From NCBI RefSeq assembly GCF_000189295.2, contig NC_016803.1, positions 1,110,001-1,142,000 of the forward strand: 32,000 nt of DNA, written 5' to 3'. Below are positions 17,458 through 26,871 of this stretch, in pieces. Position numbers and translations under genes: made by a program. The DNA comes from Pseudodesulfovibrio mercurii. Lineage in GTDB: Bacteria; Desulfobacterota; Desulfovibrionia; Desulfovibrionales; Desulfovibrionaceae. Numbering within the stretch: the first letter of the stretch is position 1; each line of letters begins with the position of its first letter. The notes beneath the pieces are model-generated. The model did no database searches, had not been told where the DNA came from, and was given only the letters and a program-made list of their open reading frames with translations.

Positions 17458-18370
17458 CGAGAAGCAAACCGACACCCAGATCTGGTACGGCGAGCTGACC
17501 ACGCGCAGCGCGCTCCGGCGACGCGGACTGCTTCAGGTCTCGCCCGGCCTGTTCTGGATTCTCATGTTTCTGACCGTGCCCGCCCTGGCGCTCATCGCCC
17601 TGTCCTTCGCCACGCGCGGCGGCTACGGCGAGATCGAGTGGATCTTCACCTTCGAGAATTTCAGCAGGCTGGCGGGCTACGGCATGTTCGGCTGGAGCCC
17701 GGACTACCTGATCATCCTGGCCCGCTCCCTGTGGGTGGCCTTCGTGACCACCACGGTCTGCACGGCGCTCGCCTTCCCGCTGGCCTTCTTCATCGCGGGC
17801 AAGCCCAAGACCACCCGCTACGTCTGGCTGACCCTGGTCATCATCCCCTTCTGGACCAACCTGGTCATCCGCACCTACGCCTGGCAGCTGGTCCTGTCCC
17901 CGGACCTGCCCATCGCCAAGTTCGCGGCCGCCCTGGGGTTGGTCCCGGAGGGCAGCCCGCTCTACCCGTCCGAGTTCGCCGTCTACCTGGGCATGATCTC
18001 CGCCTTCCTGCCCTTCGTGGTCCTGCCCCTCTACTCCAGCGTGGAAAAACTCGACTGGTCCCTGGTGGAGGCGGCCCACGACCTCTACTCCAACAAGCGC
18101 CGGGTGTTCATGCAGGCCATCCTGCCCCAGACCCTGCCCGGCCTTTCCGTGGGGGCCATCCTGACCTTCGTCCCGGCCATGGGCATGTTCCTCATCCCGG
18201 ACTTCCTGGGCGGGGCCAAGTACATGCTGGTGGGCAACCTGATCCAGCAGCAGTTCGGCAAGAGCCGCGACTGGCCCTTCGGCGCGGCGGTCTCCCTGGC
18301 CCTGATGGCCCTGACCCTGGTCGGCCTGTTCGTGTTCCGGCGCAAGGGCGAGAAGATGGAGGTGGTCTAG
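17450..18370 (+). CDS. potB: Spermidine/putrescine ABC transporter permease
   Basis: 306-aa multi-pass membrane protein with the EAA-type loop (EAAHDLYSNKRRVF). It overlaps the potA stop by 8 nt. Confidence 0.85.
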   Translation: MTNEKQTDTQIWYGELTTRSALRRRGLLQVSPGLFWILMFLTVPALALIALSFATRGGYGEIEWIFTFENFSRLAGYGMFGWSPDYLIILARSLWVAFVTTTVCTALAFPLAFFIAGKPKTTRYVWLTLVIIPFWTNLVIRTYAWQLVLSPDLPIAKFAAALGLVPEGSPLYPSEFAVYLGMISAFLPFVVLPLYSSVEKLDWSLVEAAHDLYSNKRRVFMQAILPQTLPGLSVGAILTFVPAMGMFLIPDFLGGAKYMLVGNLIQQQFGKSRDWPFGAAVSLALMALTLVGLFVFRRKGEKMEVV

Positions 18371-18371
18371 C

Positions 18372-19193
18372 ATGCAGTTCCAACGCAAGCCGATCCTGAT
18401 CCCGGCCGTGGCCCTGGGCACCCTGGCCTTCCTGTACATCCCGCTCCTGGCCGTGGCCTCGTTCTCGGTGAACAACTCCCGGTTCGGCCTGACCTGGCAC
18501 GGGTTCACCTGGAAGTGGTACCTGGAGCTCTTCCAGAACGAACAGATCCTCGAGGCCGTGGGCAACACCCTGCTCCTGGGGTTGGTCTCCACGGCCGTCG
18601 CCACGGTGGTGGGCACGGCGCTGGCCATCGGCATGAGCCGCTTCCCGTGGTCGAAGAAGACCTCGGCCTTCTTCGAGTTCAACCTGTACATGCCGGTCAT
18701 CACCCCGGAGATCGTCTTCGCGGGCGCCCTGGTCATCGCCTTCGCCTCCCTGCGCTACGTCTCCTCGGCCTTCGAGCCCGGCATGCTGAACATGATCATC
18801 GGCCACGTGACCTTCCAGGTGGCCTTCGTGGCCCTGGTGGTCCGCTCGCGCCTGGCGGCCTTCAACAACGAGATCGAGGAGGCCTCCCACGACCTCTACG
18901 CCACCAACTGGTACACCCTGCGCAAGGTCATCCTGCCCATGCTCACCCCGGGCATCGTGTCCGGGGCCATGCTGGCCTTCACCCTGTCGCTCGACGACTT
19001 CATCATCAGCTTCTTCACGGCCGGGCCGACCTCGGTGACCCTGCCGCTTTACATATATGCGGAAGTGCATCGCGGCATCACGCCGAAGATCCACGCCCTG
19101 TCCACGGTCGGCCTGCTGCTGACCATCGTCCTGGTGATCGCCTCGCAGAAAATAACAAACAGTTTCAATGAAAAGGAGAGAGATGATGCGTAA
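18372..19193 (+). CDS. potC: Spermidine/putrescine ABC transporter permease
   Basis: 273-aa multi-pass membrane protein with the EAA loop (EEASHDLYATNWYTLRKV). It starts 1 nt after the potB stop. Confidence 0.85.
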   Translation: MQFQRKPILIPAVALGTLAFLYIPLLAVASFSVNNSRFGLTWHGFTWKWYLELFQNEQILEAVGNTLLLGLVSTAVATVVGTALAIGMSRFPWSKKTSAFFEFNLYMPVITPEIVFAGALVIAFASLRYVSSAFEPGMLNMIIGHVTFQVAFVALVVRSRLAAFNNEIEEASHDLYATNWYTLRKVILPMLTPGIVSGAMLAFTLSLDDFIISFFTAGPTSVTLPLYIYAEVHRGITPKIHALSTVGLLLTIVLVIASQKITNSFNEKERDDA

Positions 19194-20226
19194 ACTGCTG
19201 CTGGCCATGCTCATGGTCCTGGTGATGGTCCCCTCCGCCTTCGCGGCCGAGGAAATGCGCCTGCTCATCTGGAGCGAATACATGCCCGAAGATTTCCTGA
19301 CGGATTTCGAAAAGGATACGGGCATCAAGGTGCGCGCGGAATACTACGAATCAATGGAAGAGATGGTCGCCAAGCTCCAGGCGGGCGGCAAGAACCAGTA
19401 TGACGTGGTCGTCCCGTCCGACTACATCATCCCGGCCATGATCAAGCTGGAACTGCTCAAGGAGCTCGACCACTCCAAGCTGCCCAACCTGAAGAACCTC
19501 CAGGAAACCTTCATCGACCCGGCCTGGGACAAGGGCAACAAGTACACCGTGGCCTACCAGTGGGGCACCTTGGGCATGATGTACCGCAAGGACAAGCTCA
19601 AGGACTTCGACGGCTCCTGGTCGGTCATGTTCGACCCGGCCAAGCGCCAGGGTCCGTTCATCTTCATCGACTCCATCCGTGAGATGCTCGGCTGCGCCCA
19701 GTGCGCCATGGGCATGGACGTCAACACCACCCAGAAGGCCGACCTCAAGGCCCTGCTCGACAAGATGCTCGAGGCCAAGAAGTCCGACTACTTCGCCGGC
19801 TTCGACGTGGGCACCGGCGGCCGCTCCAAGGTCGTGGCCGGCACCGCCGTGGCCGCTATCGTCTACAACGGCGACGCCCTGCGCGCCGTGGCCGACAACC
19901 CGGACACCTGCGCCTTCGTGAACCCCAACGAGGGAACCATCGGCTGGGTGGACAACATGTCCATCCCCATCGGCGCCCCGCACCCGGACATGGCCTACGC
20001 CTTCATCAACTGGGTGCTCGAGCCCCAGGTCGGCGCCAAGCTGTCCAACTGGACCCAGTACGCCACCCCGAACAAGGCGGCCTACCCGTACATCACCCCC
20101 GAGGACTTCAAGAACCCGGCCATCTACCCGGCCGAGTCCTACATGTCCAAGATCCAGTTCATCAAGGACCTGGGCAACGACAACAAGATGTACGACCAGA
20201 TCTGGACCATGGTTAAGACCCGTTAA
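19183..20226 (+). CDS. potD: Periplasmic spermidine/putrescine-binding protein (PotD/PotF family)
   Basis: Signal peptide MMRKLLLAMLMVLVMVPSAFA after an AAGGAGAG RBS. ATG 19183 is preferred over the track start 19168, and 19186 is also possible. PotD-like body (LLIWSEYMPEDF..., YDVVVPSDY). Confidence 0.85.
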   Translation: MMRKLLLAMLMVLVMVPSAFAAEEMRLLIWSEYMPEDFLTDFEKDTGIKVRAEYYESMEEMVAKLQAGGKNQYDVVVPSDYIIPAMIKLELLKELDHSKLPNLKNLQETFIDPAWDKGNKYTVAYQWGTLGMMYRKDKLKDFDGSWSVMFDPAKRQGPFIFIDSIREMLGCAQCAMGMDVNTTQKADLKALLDKMLEAKKSDYFAGFDVGTGGRSKVVAGTAVAAIVYNGDALRAVADNPDTCAFVNPNEGTIGWVDNMSIPIGAPHPDMAYAFINWVLEPQVGAKLSNWTQYATPNKAAYPYITPEDFKNPAIYPAESYMSKIQFIKDLGNDNKMYDQIWTMVKTR

Positions 20227-20237
20227 TCCTCCAACCC

Positions 20238-20266
20238 GGCGGCCGGGGGACCACACCCCGGCCGCC
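20238..20266 (+). other. Intra-operon GC hairpin without a U-tract (11-bp perfect stem) after potD
   Basis: ggcggccgggg-gaccaca-ccccggccgcc, followed by atactcatcATG rather than a T-run. Confidence 0.6.
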
Positions 20267-20275
20267 ATACTCATC

Positions 20276-21832
20276 ATGCTAGAAGACCATTATCTGCTCA
20301 TCAACGGCAACATCATCTCCATGGACGGCCGGGACAACCGGTACGAAGCCATGGCCGTGGAAAACGGCCGCATCCTCCGGGTCGGCGCAAACGACGACAT
20401 GGCCGACCTCGCCGAGGCGGGCTGGCCGGTCACCGACCTCAAGGGCAAAACGGTGTTGCCCGGTTTCATCGACACCCACCAGCACCTCGGCCTGACCGGC
20501 CAGGTCCTGAACGGTATCGACTTCCAGGGTACCAGGACCCTCAGAACCGTTTTCGAGAAGGTCCGGGAGGCGGCAACCATCGCCGCGCCCGGTGCCTGGG
20601 TCCTCGGTTACACCCTCAACGACTTCTCCCTCGAGGAAGGGCGGATGCCCATCAAGGAGGAGCTGGACGCGGTCTGCGCCGACAACCCGGTCATGATCGT
20701 GCACTCCTCCTGGCACATGTGCGCCCTGAACTCCCTGGCGCTGGAAATCCTGGCCCCGCCCGCCGACCTGCCGGGCATGGACCTTAAACCGAACGGCGAA
20801 CCCACCGGCGTGGTCCGCGACCCCGGCGCGCCCGACTTCATCTTCCCGGCCGTGTCCACGCGCACCCCGGTGGAGGTCAAACTCGCGAGCTTCCGCAAGG
20901 CGTGCGAAGCGGCCCTCAAGCAGGGCATCACCACCCTGCACTGCCTGGAGGGCGGCGGCTTCGGACCGGGCGACACCCGCATCGTCCACGACAATCTGGA
21001 CAAACTCCCGGTCAACGTGGTTCTCTGGAACCAGGTCATGGACGTGGACGAGACCGTGGGCATGGGGCTCACGCGCATCGGCGGCTGCATCTGCGCCGAC
21101 GGTGCCATCGACGCCTACACAGCGGCCCTGTTCGAGCCCTACCTGAACCAACCGGGCAACCGCGGGACCCTGAACTTCACCCAGGAGGAGATGGACGCCT
21201 TCGTCCTCGCCTCGCACAAGGCCGGGCTCCAGGTGGCCGTGCACTGCGAGACCGACAGGGCCATCGAACAGGTCCTGTCCGCCATGGAAAAGGCCATCGC
21301 GGCCTACCCCCGCGCCGACCACCGCCACCGCATCGAGCACTGCGAGATCCCCACCGTGGACCAGGTGGAGCGCATGGGCCGGGCGGGCATCCTGGCGGGC
21401 ATGCAGCCCGCCTTCATCCACTACCTGGTGGATATGGAAGACTACGAAAAACGCTTCGGCTGGGACCGGCTGCGCTGGATGCATCCCTACCGGACCATGC
21501 TCGACAACAACGTCATCATGACCGGCGGCTCCGACTGCCCGGTCACCCCGCACGGCCCGCTCACCGGCATCCAGACCGCCGTGCTCCACCCCATCGAGGA
21601 GGAACGCCTTACCCCGATGGAGGCCATTCGCATGTTCACCATCGACGCCGCCTACAGCGCCTTTGACGAGGCCAATCGTGGCAGCATCGAACCGGGCAAG
21701 ATCGCCGACCTGGTGATTCTGAGCGCCGACCCGACAGAGGTACCCCCGGAAACCATCCGCGAGATCAAGATCGTCAAGACCGTCGTGGAAGGCAAACCGG
21801 TGGAAGATCCCAGGGACGGGCCCGCGGCCTGA
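20276..21832 (+). CDS. Metal-dependent amidohydrolase (Amidohydro_3 / YtcJ-like), substrate unknown
   Basis: 518 aa. N-terminal metal-ligand motif GFIDTHQHL (HxH). Later HCE/HRIEHC and GGSDCP motifs are typical of the amidohydrolase superfamily TIM barrel. Confidence 0.75.
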   Translation: MLEDHYLLINGNIISMDGRDNRYEAMAVENGRILRVGANDDMADLAEAGWPVTDLKGKTVLPGFIDTHQHLGLTGQVLNGIDFQGTRTLRTVFEKVREAATIAAPGAWVLGYTLNDFSLEEGRMPIKEELDAVCADNPVMIVHSSWHMCALNSLALEILAPPADLPGMDLKPNGEPTGVVRDPGAPDFIFPAVSTRTPVEVKLASFRKACEAALKQGITTLHCLEGGGFGPGDTRIVHDNLDKLPVNVVLWNQVMDVDETVGMGLTRIGGCICADGAIDAYTAALFEPYLNQPGNRGTLNFTQEEMDAFVLASHKAGLQVAVHCETDRAIEQVLSAMEKAIAAYPRADHRHRIEHCEIPTVDQVERMGRAGILAGMQPAFIHYLVDMEDYEKRFGWDRLRWMHPYRTMLDNNVIMTGGSDCPVTPHGPLTGIQTAVLHPIEEERLTPMEAIRMFTIDAAYSAFDEANRGSIEPGKIADLVILSADPTEVPPETIREIKIVKTVVEGKPVEDPRDGPAA

Positions 21833-21892
21833 CCGCTCCCCCCATCCCTGACCGAAGTCCCGAAAGCACCACCAGAAACACGGAGTGGAATC

Positions 21893-23248
21893 ATGACCCG
21901 TAACATTGACGAAGCATTTAAGGAAGCAACTGAATTTATTGATATTATTACGAAGCCTGTGGGCAGTGTCTCCCTGGAGGAGCGCCAAAACATCGCCACC
22001 GAGACCGTGGAGAACTTCCGCGACTACATCAACAAGGGGTTCCTGGAGTACCGCAAGTCCGTGACCGAGGCGGGCGAGTTCGCCGTGACCGAGTGGATGG
22101 GCCAGGGGTCCATCCTCAAGGACGCCCTGGATCGCGAGTACATCGACATCCTCGGCGGGTTCGGCCTGTACAGCTACGGTATCCGCCACCCCAGGATCGT
22201 GGAGGCGGTCAAGGCTCAGCTCGACCGCTCGCCCCAGTACTCCCAGGAGATGCTCGACCCCCTGCGCGCCAAGCTCGCCCGGATCATCGCCAAGCTGACC
22301 CCCGGCGACATCCAGTACGGCTTCTTCGCCAACTCCGGCACCGAGGCCGTGGAAGGGGCCATGAAGCTGGCCAAGTTCTACACCGGCAAGAAGGGCTTCA
22401 TCTCCATGCTCAAGGGGTTCCACGGCAAGACGCTGGGTTCCCTGTCGCTCATGGGCAAGACCGACTACCGCGCCCCGCTGCTGCCCCTGCTCGAAGGCAT
22501 GCGCCACGTGCCCTTCGGCGACCTGGAGGCCGTGGAGCATGAGCTGAAGTACGCGGCCGCCGTGGGCGACGACATCGCCGCCGTGGTGGCCGAGCCCATC
22601 CAGGGCGAGGCCGGAGCCATCGTCCCGCCCGACGAATTCTGGCCCGGCCTGCGCGAGGTCTGCGACAAGTACGAGGTGCTGCTCATCGCCGACGAGGTCC
22701 AGACCGGCTTCGGCCGCACGGGCAAGATATTCGGCGTGGACCACTGGGACGTGGCCCCGGACATCATGTGCTTCGGCAAGGCGCTCGGCGGCGGCGTGGT
22801 GCCCATGTCCGGCTTCTTCTCCACCCCCAAGTTCTGGGAGGTCATGGAGCCCAACCCGTTCATGCACACCACCACCACGGGCGGCAACCCCCTGGCCTGC
22901 GCCTCGGCCCTGGCCGCCATCACGGTCATGCACGAGGAGAACCTGCCCGCCCAGGCCGCCCAGAAGGGCGAGTATGTCAAGGCCCGCCTGGCCGAACTGT
23001 CCGAAAGACACCCGGGCATCCTCAAGGAGGTCACCGGCAAGGGGCTGCTCATCGGCATGCACTTCATGGACGACGAGATCGGCTACCACGTGGCCTCCGG
23101 CCTGTTCGCGCGCGGCGTGATCACCGCCGGGACCCTGACCAACGCCCGGTGCATCCGCTTCGAGCCCGCCCTGAACATTCCCATGGAACTGCTTGACGAA
23201 GCCCTGAACAGAATGGAAGACGTCTTTAAATCGCTGCCCGTCAGCTAA
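21893..23248 (+). CDS. patA: Putrescine aminotransferase (PatA/YgjG-like class III aminotransferase)
   Basis: 451 aa, closely collinear with E. coli PatA as I remember it: GGFG...HP..V.AV..QL...P..SQE[ML]LDPLRA.LA, NSGTE[AS]VE[GA]A[ML]KLAK, DEVQTG.GRTGK.F, HTTT.GGNPLAC. Confidence 0.85.
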   Translation: MTRNIDEAFKEATEFIDIITKPVGSVSLEERQNIATETVENFRDYINKGFLEYRKSVTEAGEFAVTEWMGQGSILKDALDREYIDILGGFGLYSYGIRHPRIVEAVKAQLDRSPQYSQEMLDPLRAKLARIIAKLTPGDIQYGFFANSGTEAVEGAMKLAKFYTGKKGFISMLKGFHGKTLGSLSLMGKTDYRAPLLPLLEGMRHVPFGDLEAVEHELKYAAAVGDDIAAVVAEPIQGEAGAIVPPDEFWPGLREVCDKYEVLLIADEVQTGFGRTGKIFGVDHWDVAPDIMCFGKALGGGVVPMSGFFSTPKFWEVMEPNPFMHTTTTGGNPLACASALAAITVMHEENLPAQAAQKGEYVKARLAELSERHPGILKEVTGKGLLIGMHFMDDEIGYHVASGLFARGVITAGTLTNARCIRFEPALNIPMELLDEALNRMEDVFKSLPVS

Positions 23249-23259
23249 GGAGGATTCCC

Positions 23260-24702
23260 ATGAACACGAACGAGATGAAGCTTTGGATCAACGGCCAGTG
23301 GACCGACGCAGCCGACGGCGGCGTGTTGGAAGTGGAGAATCCCGCGACCGGCGAAGTGGCCGCCACTGTGGCCAAGGCCGGTGAAAAGGACGTGCTCAAG
23401 GCCGTGGCCGCGGCCAAGACCGCCTTCGAGGACGGCCGCTGGTCCGGCCTGACCCCGTCCCAACGGTCCAAGTGCCTGTGGAAGCTGGCCGACCTGCTCG
23501 AGGCCCGCAAGGAGGAGTTCGCCCGCATCGAATCCGAGGACACGGGCAAGCCCTTCGCCTTCCTCAGCCTGGGGGCGGACCTGCCCTTCTGCATCGACAA
23601 CCTGCGCTTCTTCGCCACGGCCGCCCGCGACACCGGCGGCCACCACGCGGGCGAGTACGCGCCGGGCTACACCTCCCTGTACCGCCGCGACCCGGTGGGT
23701 CCGGTGGGCCAGATCGCCCCGTGGAACTACCCCCTGCTCATGGGCGTGTGGAAACTCGGCCCGGCCCTGGCCGCGGGCTGCACCGCCGTGCTCAAGCCCG
23801 CCTCCCTGACCCCGCGCACCTCGCTCATGCTCGGCGAACTGACCGCCGAGGCGGGCATCCCCGACGGCGTGGTCAACGTGGTCGCGGGTTCCGTGGGCCA
23901 CATCCTGACCAGCCATCCGGACATCCGCATGGTCTCCCTGACCGGAGCCACCGAGACCGGCAAGTCGGTCATGAAGAGCTGCGCCGACACGGTCAAGCGG
24001 GTCCACCTGGAGCTGGGCGGCAAGGCCCCGTGCCTGGTCTTCAGCGACGCGAACATCGACCTCGTGGCCGAGAAACTGTCCATCGCGGCCATCTGCAACT
24101 CCGGCCAAGACTGCACCGCCGCCACGCGCATCATCTGCCACAAATCCGTCGAGAAGCAGGTCTGCAACGTCATGGCCGAGGCCATGAAGAAGATCGTGGT
24201 CGGCGATCCCTTTGACGACGCCACCCAGATGGGCTCCATGATCTCCGGCCGCCACCTGGAGATGGTCTCCGGCTTCGTGGAACGCGCCAGGGCCGACGGG
24301 GCCACCGTGCTCTGCGGCGGCCAGGCCATCGACCGGCCCGGCCACTTCTACACCCCCACGGTCATCACCGACGTGCGCCAGGACTCCGAGATCGTCCAGC
24401 AGGAGGTCTTCGGCCCGGTCATCACCATCCAGACCTTCGACGACGAGGCCCAGGCCATCGCCATGGGCAACGACGTGGTCTTCGGCCTGGCGTCGTCCGT
24501 GTTCACCAAAGACGTGGCCCGGACCATGCGCGTGGCCAAGGCCCTGGAGTTCGGCACGGTCTGGGTCAACGACCACCTGCCCCTGGCCTCCGAGACCCCG
24601 CACGGCGGGTTCAAGCAGTCCGGTTTCGGCAAGGATCTGTCCGCCGAGGCCGTGGGCGACTACCTGGTGACCAAGCACGTGATGATCAACAACGCCGTCT
24701 AG
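23260..24702 (+). CDS. patD: Gamma-aminobutyraldehyde dehydrogenase (PatD/YdcW-like NAD-dependent aldehyde dehydrogenase)
   Basis: Strong AAGGAGG RBS, 480 aa. Aldehyde dehydrogenase motifs: IAPWNYPLLM, catalytic ELGGKAP and NSGQDCTAATR. Collinear with E. coli PatD as I remember it. Confidence 0.8.
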   Translation: MNTNEMKLWINGQWTDAADGGVLEVENPATGEVAATVAKAGEKDVLKAVAAAKTAFEDGRWSGLTPSQRSKCLWKLADLLEARKEEFARIESEDTGKPFAFLSLGADLPFCIDNLRFFATAARDTGGHHAGEYAPGYTSLYRRDPVGPVGQIAPWNYPLLMGVWKLGPALAAGCTAVLKPASLTPRTSLMLGELTAEAGIPDGVVNVVAGSVGHILTSHPDIRMVSLTGATETGKSVMKSCADTVKRVHLELGGKAPCLVFSDANIDLVAEKLSIAAICNSGQDCTAATRIICHKSVEKQVCNVMAEAMKKIVVGDPFDDATQMGSMISGRHLEMVSGFVERARADGATVLCGGQAIDRPGHFYTPTVITDVRQDSEIVQQEVFGPVITIQTFDDEAQAIAMGNDVVFGLASSVFTKDVARTMRVAKALEFGTVWVNDHLPLASETPHGGFKQSGFGKDLSAEAVGDYLVTKHVMINNAV

Positions 24703-24751
24703 CGGCGCGAAAAAACATTCAACCGCCTGCCCGAGGCAGGCAGAGAGCGAC

Positions 24752-25822
24752 ATGGCGAACACCCCCGTTACCCCCATCCGCGTCCCGGTCCGCGCACCGG
24801 CCTGCGACGGGCTCTTCATGCCCGGCGAATGGGCCGAGCACGAGGCCACCTGGATGATCTGGCCGTGCAAGCCGTCGGCCTGGCCCTTCGGCATGGACAA
24901 GCCCCGTCTTGCCTACGCCGAAGTGGCCAAGGCCATCAGCCGGTTCGAGCCGGTGTACATGATGTGCCGCCCCGAACTCATGGCCCAGGCCAAGGCCCTG
25001 TGCGGCGACGCCGTGACCCTGGTGCCCATGGACACCCGCGACTCCTGGGCGCGCGACTCGGCCCCGACCTTCGTCATCGACGGCAGGGGCGGCGTGGCCG
25101 GCGTGGACTGGGTCTTCAACGACTGGGGCCACATCGCCCGGTATGAGGGCAAGTACGACGAGCCCATGGCCCAGGCCGTGCTCGAACACCTGTCCATGCG
25201 CCGCTACGCCGCGCCCTGCATCATCGAGGGCGGCGGCATCCACTCGGACGGCGAGGGCACCCTGTTGACCACGGAGCAGGTCCAGTTCGACCCCCGGCGC
25301 AACGCGGGCTTCTCGAAGGGCGACTTCGAGGCCCTGTTCGCCGCCTACCTGGGCACGGAAAAGGTCGTCTGGCTCGGCAACGGGCTGGAGGACGACGAGA
25401 CCAACGGCCACGTGGACATCCTGGCCTGCTTCGTCCGGCCCGGCGTGGTCATGGTCCACGACTGCACCGACCCGGACGACGCCAATTACAAGGTCTCGCG
25501 GGACGCCATACAGCGGCTCGAAACAACCACGGACGCGCGCGGCCGGTCCTTCGAGATCATCCGTATGCCCCAGCCCGCGCCGCGCTTCAACGGCGACTGG
25601 CGCATGGACCTGAGCTACATCAACTTCTACATCGCCAACGGCGGCATCGTCATGTCCTCCTTCGACGACCCCATGGACGAGACGGCGTACAGGCTGATGT
25701 GCGAGGCCTTCCCCGGCCACGAGGTGATCCAGCTCCCGTGCCTGGACATCTTCGCCGGGGGCGGCGGCATCCACTGCATCACCCAGCAGCAACCCAAGGG
25801 CACGCCCCTGCCGGTATTCTAG
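24752..25822 (+). CDS. aguA: Agmatine deiminase
   Basis: 356 aa. PAD_porph-type signature including the C-terminal catalytic Cys motif GGGIHCITQQQP, plus DSWARDSAP and NGHVD. Confidence 0.88.
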   Translation: MANTPVTPIRVPVRAPACDGLFMPGEWAEHEATWMIWPCKPSAWPFGMDKPRLAYAEVAKAISRFEPVYMMCRPELMAQAKALCGDAVTLVPMDTRDSWARDSAPTFVIDGRGGVAGVDWVFNDWGHIARYEGKYDEPMAQAVLEHLSMRRYAAPCIIEGGGIHSDGEGTLLTTEQVQFDPRRNAGFSKGDFEALFAAYLGTEKVVWLGNGLEDDETNGHVDILACFVRPGVVMVHDCTDPDDANYKVSRDAIQRLETTTDARGRSFEIIRMPQPAPRFNGDWRMDLSYINFYIANGGIVMSSFDDPMDETAYRLMCEAFPGHEVIQLPCLDIFAGGGGIHCITQQQPKGTPLPVF

Positions 25823-25831
25823 GAGCGCAGC

Positions 25832-26713
25832 ATGAGCAAAACCACTCTGGCAGTCACCCAGATGGCCTGCACCGACGACCTCAAAGCCAACGTGGACCGG
25901 GCCGAAGCCCTGGTCCGCGAGGCGGCCGCACGCGGCGCGCAGATCATCCTCCTCCAGGAACTGTTCGAAGGACCGTACTTCTGCAAGAAGCAGAAGTTCG
26001 AGTACTTCTCCCTGGCCCACGAGGCGCGCCCCGACGACCCGCTCCTGGCCCGCTTCTCCGCCCTTGCCAAGGAACTCGGCGTGGTCCTGCCCGTGTCCTT
26101 CTTCGAACGCGCGGGCAAGGCGTACTACAACTCCATGGCCATGATGGACGCGAACGGCCGCATGCTCGGGCTGTACCGCAAGACCCACATCCCCCAGGGA
26201 CCGGGCTACGAGGAGAAGTATTACTTCAACCCCGGCGACACCGGCTTCAAGGTCTGGGAGACCGCCTTCGGCAAGGTCGGCCTGGGCATCTGCTGGGACC
26301 AGTGGTACCCCGAGGCCGCCCGGTGCATGGCGCTCATGGACGCGGACGTGCTCCTGTACCCCACGGCCATCGGCTCTGAGCCGACCATGCCGGACTGCGA
26401 CTCCATGCCGCACTGGCGGCGCACCCAGCAGGGCCACGCGGCCGCCAACATCCTGCCGGTCTGCGCGTCCAACCGCATCGGCACCGAGACCGACGACGAC
26501 GTGACCATGACCTTCTACGGCTCGTCCTTCATCACCGACCCCATGGGCGCGCTCCTGGCCGACGCCGACCGGACCACCCAGGGCGTGTTCACCGCCGAGG
26601 TGGACTTCGACGAGATCCGCAACTTCCGCACCGGCTGGGGCTTCTACCGCGACCGGCGGCCGAAACACTACCGGACCCTCCTGACCCTCGACGGCCACAC
26701 CCCGGCCGACTAG
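25832..26713 (+). CDS. aguB: N-carbamoylputrescine amidase (nitrilase/CN-hydrolase superfamily)
   Basis: 293 aa. CN-hydrolase catalytic triad context (LQELF...; YRKTHIP; GLGICWDQWYPE). It starts 9 nt after aguA. Confidence 0.85.
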   Translation: MSKTTLAVTQMACTDDLKANVDRAEALVREAAARGAQIILLQELFEGPYFCKKQKFEYFSLAHEARPDDPLLARFSALAKELGVVLPVSFFERAGKAYYNSMAMMDANGRMLGLYRKTHIPQGPGYEEKYYFNPGDTGFKVWETAFGKVGLGICWDQWYPEAARCMALMDADVLLYPTAIGSEPTMPDCDSMPHWRRTQQGHAAANILPVCASNRIGTETDDDVTMTFYGSSFITDPMGALLADADRTTQGVFTAEVDFDEIRNFRTGWGFYRDRRPKHYRTLLTLDGHTPAD

Positions 26714-26732
26714 GGGAAGCGACCCCGCAACG

Positions 26733-26767
26733 AAAAGGGCGCCCGGTTTGGCCGGGCGCCCTTTTTT
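26733..26767. terminator. Bidirectional intrinsic terminator ending the polyamine operon
   Basis: aaaa-gggcgcccgg-tttg-ccgggcgccc-tttttt. It lies 20 nt after the aguB stop and about 100 nt past the stop of the convergent radical SAM gene. Confidence 0.8.
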
Positions 26768-26871
26768 GTTGCAATCGGGGGAGGAAATCGCTTGGCGGCG
26801 TTATCGGATGGCTTCGCCTCCGGCGTGCAGGGGTTCACCCCGCTGCCCCCCCTACGCCTTGGGGGAATGGG

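Noticed and set aside
20279-23089. 936-aa minus-strand ORF, the longest in the track
   Set aside because: It is antisense to the amidohydrolase and patA, whose plus-strand products show clear family motifs. Its translation is the Gly/Ala/Val/Asp/His/Arg-rich, Lys/Ile/Asn-poor composition typical of stop-free antisense frames in high-GC DNA. No RBS or recognisable motif.
23245-26698. Minus-strand ORFs 23245..24900 (551 aa) and 24719..26698 (659 aa)
   Set aside because: They are antisense to patD, aguA and aguB, all with diagnostic catalytic motifs on the plus strand. Low-complexity GC-artefact translations.
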